Source: Candidatus Heimdallarchaeota archaeon (lineage in GTDB: Archaea > Asgardarchaeota > Heimdallarchaeia > Heimdallarchaeales > Heimdallarchaeaceae). Taken from it: a DNA stretch of 10,560 nucleotides. This document shows, in pieces, positions 7,381-10,560 of the stretch. The first letter of the stretch is position 1. Every line of letters starts with the position of its first letter. Where the stretch lies: the NCBI GenBank assembly GCA_016839945.1, contig JAEOTE010000083.1:1-10560 (forward strand), given 5' to 3'. Position numbers and translations under genes: made by a program. The notes below the pieces were generated by a model. That model was not told where the DNA came from. It did not search any database and saw only the letters and a program-made list of their open reading frames with translations.

Positions 7381-8789
7381 CATTGAGAAAGAAAGCTCGG
7401 AATAAGTTTGTTAAGCATCTAGGCAAGCAATTTAGAGATGACAAAACTCTCCTTCAAGTCTACTCTCGTGATATGGCAGAATTACCTTCTACAACTAAAC
7501 TACTTATAAGAAATATTCCAGATGGAATTATACTTCCTAGAAATATAAAGGACATTCAACAAGCTTACAAAGTTGCAAATGAAACCAAAGTTCCTCTCAT
7601 ACCAAGAAGTGCAGGTACATCAGGATTTGGTGGAAGTATACCTTATAAAAAAGGTGTAATCCTTGACGGAAAGGGTTTAGAAAGTGATATTATTGTTGAA
7701 CCTTTTGATCAATCTGTTTTAGTTAGTCCATCAATGGTTTTCAGTGAATTACAAAGATACCTTAAGATGCAAGGTGTATCTCTTTGTGTTTTTCCTTCCA
7801 GCTACTATTCAGCTACTTTAGGTGGATTCATTGCTCATGGAGGATATGGTGTGGGTAGTGCACAATATGGCGGAGCGATTGATCAAATCTTAGCAATTGA
7901 AGTAGTCCTCCCTAATGTGGAATTAGTAAACTACACTGAAAGAGAAGATATTGAGCTTATAGTTGGTTCAAATGGAACCTTAGGTTTAATTACTAAAGTA
8001 CAACTAAAAATAAAATTCGATATACCCTTAAAACACCGAGGGTGTACATTTGATTCACCTAAAGAATTGGAAGATGGGTTGAAAGTTTTAGCAAGCATAA
8101 ATCCATACTCAATATGGATTTTAAATCCAAAACATGTTGCAGAAATGAATGATGCATTTGGTTTTACACTTCCAAATAGATACGTTGTTTTAATATCAAA
8201 AGAAGTGAGTTTTGAGGAAGAAGAGAGTGATTTTCACGCAAGTTTTAATCAAGCAATAAGAGATGGAGGAGGTCAAATTCTAGATAAAAGATATACTGAT
8301 AAAATCTGGGATATCAGATATAAGACATTTACAATGATAAAAGATTATCAAGATTTCCTTGTTTCAGAACTAATCCTCCCCATTGAAAAAAGTGGGAAGT
8401 ATCTCCAAAAACTTGCATCAGAGTTTAATGGACAACTCCATTTCGAAGGAGAGGTGATAAATAACAGTCATTTCTCTTTGCTCTTATTCTTATATTTTGA
8501 CGAGAAGTTAACTCCTTTAAAAAAGACAATAATAAATCTGAAATTATACAAAACAGTAATGAAGGGGAAGAAAGTTGGTGGATTTCCATATAGTACTGGA
8601 CTTTGGTTTTCAGGTTACTATTCAAAGATTTTCGGAAAAGAACAATACAAAAGATACAAAGAGCTCAAAAAGAAAGTTGACCCAAAAAATATCAGTAATC
8701 CTGGTAAGGTTATATCCCCAAGAGTTAGGATATTTCCATTAATTACATTTAAATTTGCTCTCAAAATAGCTAGTTGGTTAATAAGATGA
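7377..8789 (+). CDS. FAD-binding oxidoreductase, GlcD/D-2-hydroxyacid dehydrogenase-like (VAO/PCMH superfamily)
   Basis: PRSAGTSGFGG, PSSYYSATLGG, GSNGTLGLIT, C-terminal DPKNISNPGK. ATGA overlap with the upstream gene at 7377-7380. Confidence 0.9.
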   Translation: MTLRKKARNKFVKHLGKQFRDDKTLLQVYSRDMAELPSTTKLLIRNIPDGIILPRNIKDIQQAYKVANETKVPLIPRSAGTSGFGGSIPYKKGVILDGKGLESDIIVEPFDQSVLVSPSMVFSELQRYLKMQGVSLCVFPSSYYSATLGGFIAHGGYGVGSAQYGGAIDQILAIEVVLPNVELVNYTEREDIELIVGSNGTLGLITKVQLKIKFDIPLKHRGCTFDSPKELEDGLKVLASINPYSIWILNPKHVAEMNDAFGFTLPNRYVVLISKEVSFEEEESDFHASFNQAIRDGGGQILDKRYTDKIWDIRYKTFTMIKDYQDFLVSELILPIEKSGKYLQKLASEFNGQLHFEGEVINNSHFSLLLFLYFDEKLTPLKKTIINLKLYKTVMKGKKVGGFPYSTGLWFSGYYSKIFGKEQYKRYKELKKKVDPKNISNPGKVISPRVRIFPLITFKFALKIASWLIR

Positions 8790-9223
8790 AAGTTGATGAT
8801 TACTCATTTCCAATTGATTTATTTTATTTAATTAGAGAACCTGGTCATATTTGGATAAAAAAAATATCTGCTGAAGAGATCAAAATTGGTATTGATGATT
8901 ACGCATCAAAAAGAGCAGGTGACATAGAGTTTGTAAGAACAATAAAAGAAGGACAAAGAGTAAGAAAAGACCAAATAATTGGAACCTATGAGAGTGGGAA
9001 ATGGATAGGACAACTTAAAGCTCCTATAGCTGGTATTATCTCACAAAAGAATGAAGAGCTTAGATCTAATCCAGGATTGTTAAATACAGATCCTTATGGT
9101 GAAGGCTGGATTCTTTGTATTGAAGGAACTGATGTTGAAACTCAGTTAATTGAAGATAAAGAAATAATACCAGTAGGAGAAAAACTTGAGGAATATATTC
9201 GTTGGAGAATTAGTCAAGAATAA
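8786..9223 (+). CDS. gcvH: Glycine cleavage H-like lipoyl-carrier protein
   Basis: HIW, IGIDDYA...GDI, ESGKW (lipoyl Lys codon 8999-9001), APIAG, LNTDPYGEGW. ATG8786 overlaps the upstream stop as ATGA and is preferred over TTG8774. Confidence 0.88.
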   Translation: MKVDDYSFPIDLFYLIREPGHIWIKKISAEEIKIGIDDYASKRAGDIEFVRTIKEGQRVRKDQIIGTYESGKWIGQLKAPIAGIISQKNEELRSNPGLLNTDPYGEGWILCIEGTDVETQLIEDKEIIPVGEKLEEYIRWRISQE

Positions 9224-9244
9224 GAGTGTATTTTTGCATAATTT

Positions 9245-9251
9245 TTTATAA
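9245..9251 (+). promoter_or_regulatory. TATA-like box upstream of uppP
   Basis: TTTATAA 24 nt before ATG9276, consistent with a leaderless transcript. Confidence 0.35.
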
Positions 9252-9275
9252 GTCTTCCTGTTTTTTAATTATCAA

Positions 9276-10094
9276 ATGCTCATCTGGATTATACTAGGTT
9301 TTGCAGTTCTCCAAGGAATTTTGGAATGGTTACCTGTAAGTTCTAGTGGACAAACTGTTACTCTCCTTATTACTGCTCTAAATATGGATGCTGATGTAGC
9401 GTTTGCTCTATCTCTTTGGTTACACTTGGGAACTTTGATAGCAGTTTGTGTAAAATATCGCAAAGAATTGTGGTTATTTATTAATCCAAATGTAAAAGAT
9501 GAAGCAATAAAAAAATGGAGATTATTTTTATTACTCAGTACAATTGGAACAATCATTGTAGGAGTACCATGTTATTTTCTTGTAGATTACTTAATAGAAT
9601 CTCCCGATATTGGAGATTATATAATGCTAGTTATTGGGATTGCTTTGATAATCACAGCAGCAATTCTTTATTTCTCTAAAAAAGCAAATGTGGAAGGGGA
9701 AATGATAGAGGATATTTCTAAGAAAAAAATGATGGGAAGTGGATTATTGCAAGGATTTTCAATTATTCCTGGAATAAGTCGCTCTGGGATTACAATGGGT
9801 GGTCTTCTCTTCATGAATGTAGAAAAGAAAGATGCAGTAAAAGGCAGTTTCTTGATGAGTATCCCTGCAGTTCTAGGAGGTTTTGTCCTCTTGTTAATAG
9901 ATGCTGTAATTGAAGGTTCTCCGGTTCTTCCTATACCTTTTTGGCAGATGTTAATTGCAATTTTATTAACTGCAATAATTGGATATCTGACAATGGAATT
10001 GTTCATATTTGTTGCTCGAAAATACAATTTTGCAATTATATGCTTAATATTAGGATTAATCACAATAGCCTTTTTCTTTTTTAGATATTTTTGA
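9276..10094 (+). CDS. uppP: Undecaprenyl/polyprenyl-diphosphate phosphatase (BacA/UppP family)
   Basis: QGILEWLPVSSSG, HLGT, PGISRSGIT, SFLMSIPA; multiple TM helices. Confidence 0.93.
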   Translation: MLIWIILGFAVLQGILEWLPVSSSGQTVTLLITALNMDADVAFALSLWLHLGTLIAVCVKYRKELWLFINPNVKDEAIKKWRLFLLLSTIGTIIVGVPCYFLVDYLIESPDIGDYIMLVIGIALIITAAILYFSKKANVEGEMIEDISKKKMMGSGLLQGFSIIPGISRSGITMGGLLFMNVEKKDAVKGSFLMSIPAVLGGFVLLLIDAVIEGSPVLPIPFWQMLIAILLTAIIGYLTMELFIFVARKYNFAIICLILGLITIAFFFFRYF

Positions 10095-10349
10095 AAATTT
10101 AATGATGAATTTTTTACTCAATTTAAGCATTTTAAACAAGAAAAAAAATAGGGTAGAATTTCAGATTTCGTTAGTTCTGAAGGCTAAAACTATCTTAATG
10201 TTTAAATACATCGAACAGTATCAGAAATTATTCTAGAAAGCATCGGAAGTTACAATTAGCGAAACATTAAATTACTATGTTAAGATAATAAAATGTGACT
10301 AGATGTTATAGAAAATAACAGCTCAGTAGTATAGAAATCAGGTGAATGA

Positions 10350-10560
10350 ATGTCTTTCTATGAATTTCGAAAAAGAGTAATGGAAGAGAAGAAAAGAAGG
10401 GAACAACAAGAGAGACAGACGAAGGTAGAGAGCCCACAAGAATCTGTTGTTGGGAGAAATAAATTTAGTGTCGCATTATTAGGATTGGAAAGAGCTGGAA
10501 AAACATCATTGGTAAAAAAACTTCTAAAACAAGAAGATATTGTTGTAAGACCAACATATG
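10350..10560 (+). CDS. Arf-like small GTPase (Ras superfamily), 3'-truncated by the window edge; not in the ORF track
   Basis: Manual translation: MSFYEFRKRVMEEKKRREQQERQTKVESPQESVVGRNKFSVALLGLERAGKTSLVKKLLKQEDIVVRPTY. G1 is GLERAGKT (10482-10505) and the G2-like motif is RPTY. GGTGA RBS at 10341-10345. Confidence 0.8.
   Translation, partial: MSFYEFRKRVMEEKKRREQQERQTKVESPQESVVGRNKFSVALLGLERAGKTSLVKKLLKQEDIVVRPTY

Noticed and set aside
6915-8625. Minus-strand ORFs 6915-7244 and 8425-8625
   Set aside because: Antisense shadows of the Fe-S and FAD oxidoreductase genes.
9272-10063. Minus-strand ORFs 9272-9556 and 9668-10063
   Set aside because: Antisense shadows of the hydrophobic uppP gene.
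10160-10181. Inverted repeat TTCAGA-N10-TCTGAA in the 255-nt intergenic gap
   Set aside because: Only 6-bp arms in AT-rich DNA and no exact second copy seen; chance is likely. No tRNA, ncRNA or SECIS-like structure could be supported in this gap.
1-10560. CRISPR array, IS element, tRNA/rRNA genes, selenocysteine readthrough
   Set aside because: No regularly spaced repeats, transposase motifs, GC-rich structured RNA or interrupted frames were seen by eye; the proteins end at plausible family C-termini.

Overview
AT-rich (roughly 30% GC by eye), densely coding archaeal DNA. An Asgard origin is inferred, not proven, from an Arf-like small GTPase, a Crenarchaeal-type tRNA splicing endonuclease and GGTGA ribosome-binding sites. 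Gene order: partial Cys-rich 4Fe-4S protein (+); orphan, membrane-anchored family-5 ABC substrate-binding protein that appears circularly permuted (+); a minus-strand cluster of double-domain KaiC-like ATPase, small thioredoxin/KaiB-like CxxC protein and M28 peptidase; divergent tRNA-intron endonuclease (+); an ATGA-coupled operon of CCG/Fe-S protein, GlcD-like FAD oxidoreductase and GcvH-like lipoyl carrier (+); UppP/BacA (+); and a partial Arf-like GTPase missed by the ORF track (+). The most interesting candidates are (1) a KaiC-like ATPase with an intact CI and a degenerate CII, paired with a CxxC-bearing KaiB/thioredoxin-like protein, (2) a possible lipoyl-carrier-linked redox module, and (3) the permuted substrate-binding protein. 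No RNA genes, CRISPR arrays or mobile elements were seen. All family comparisons are from recalled consensus motifs, not database searches.
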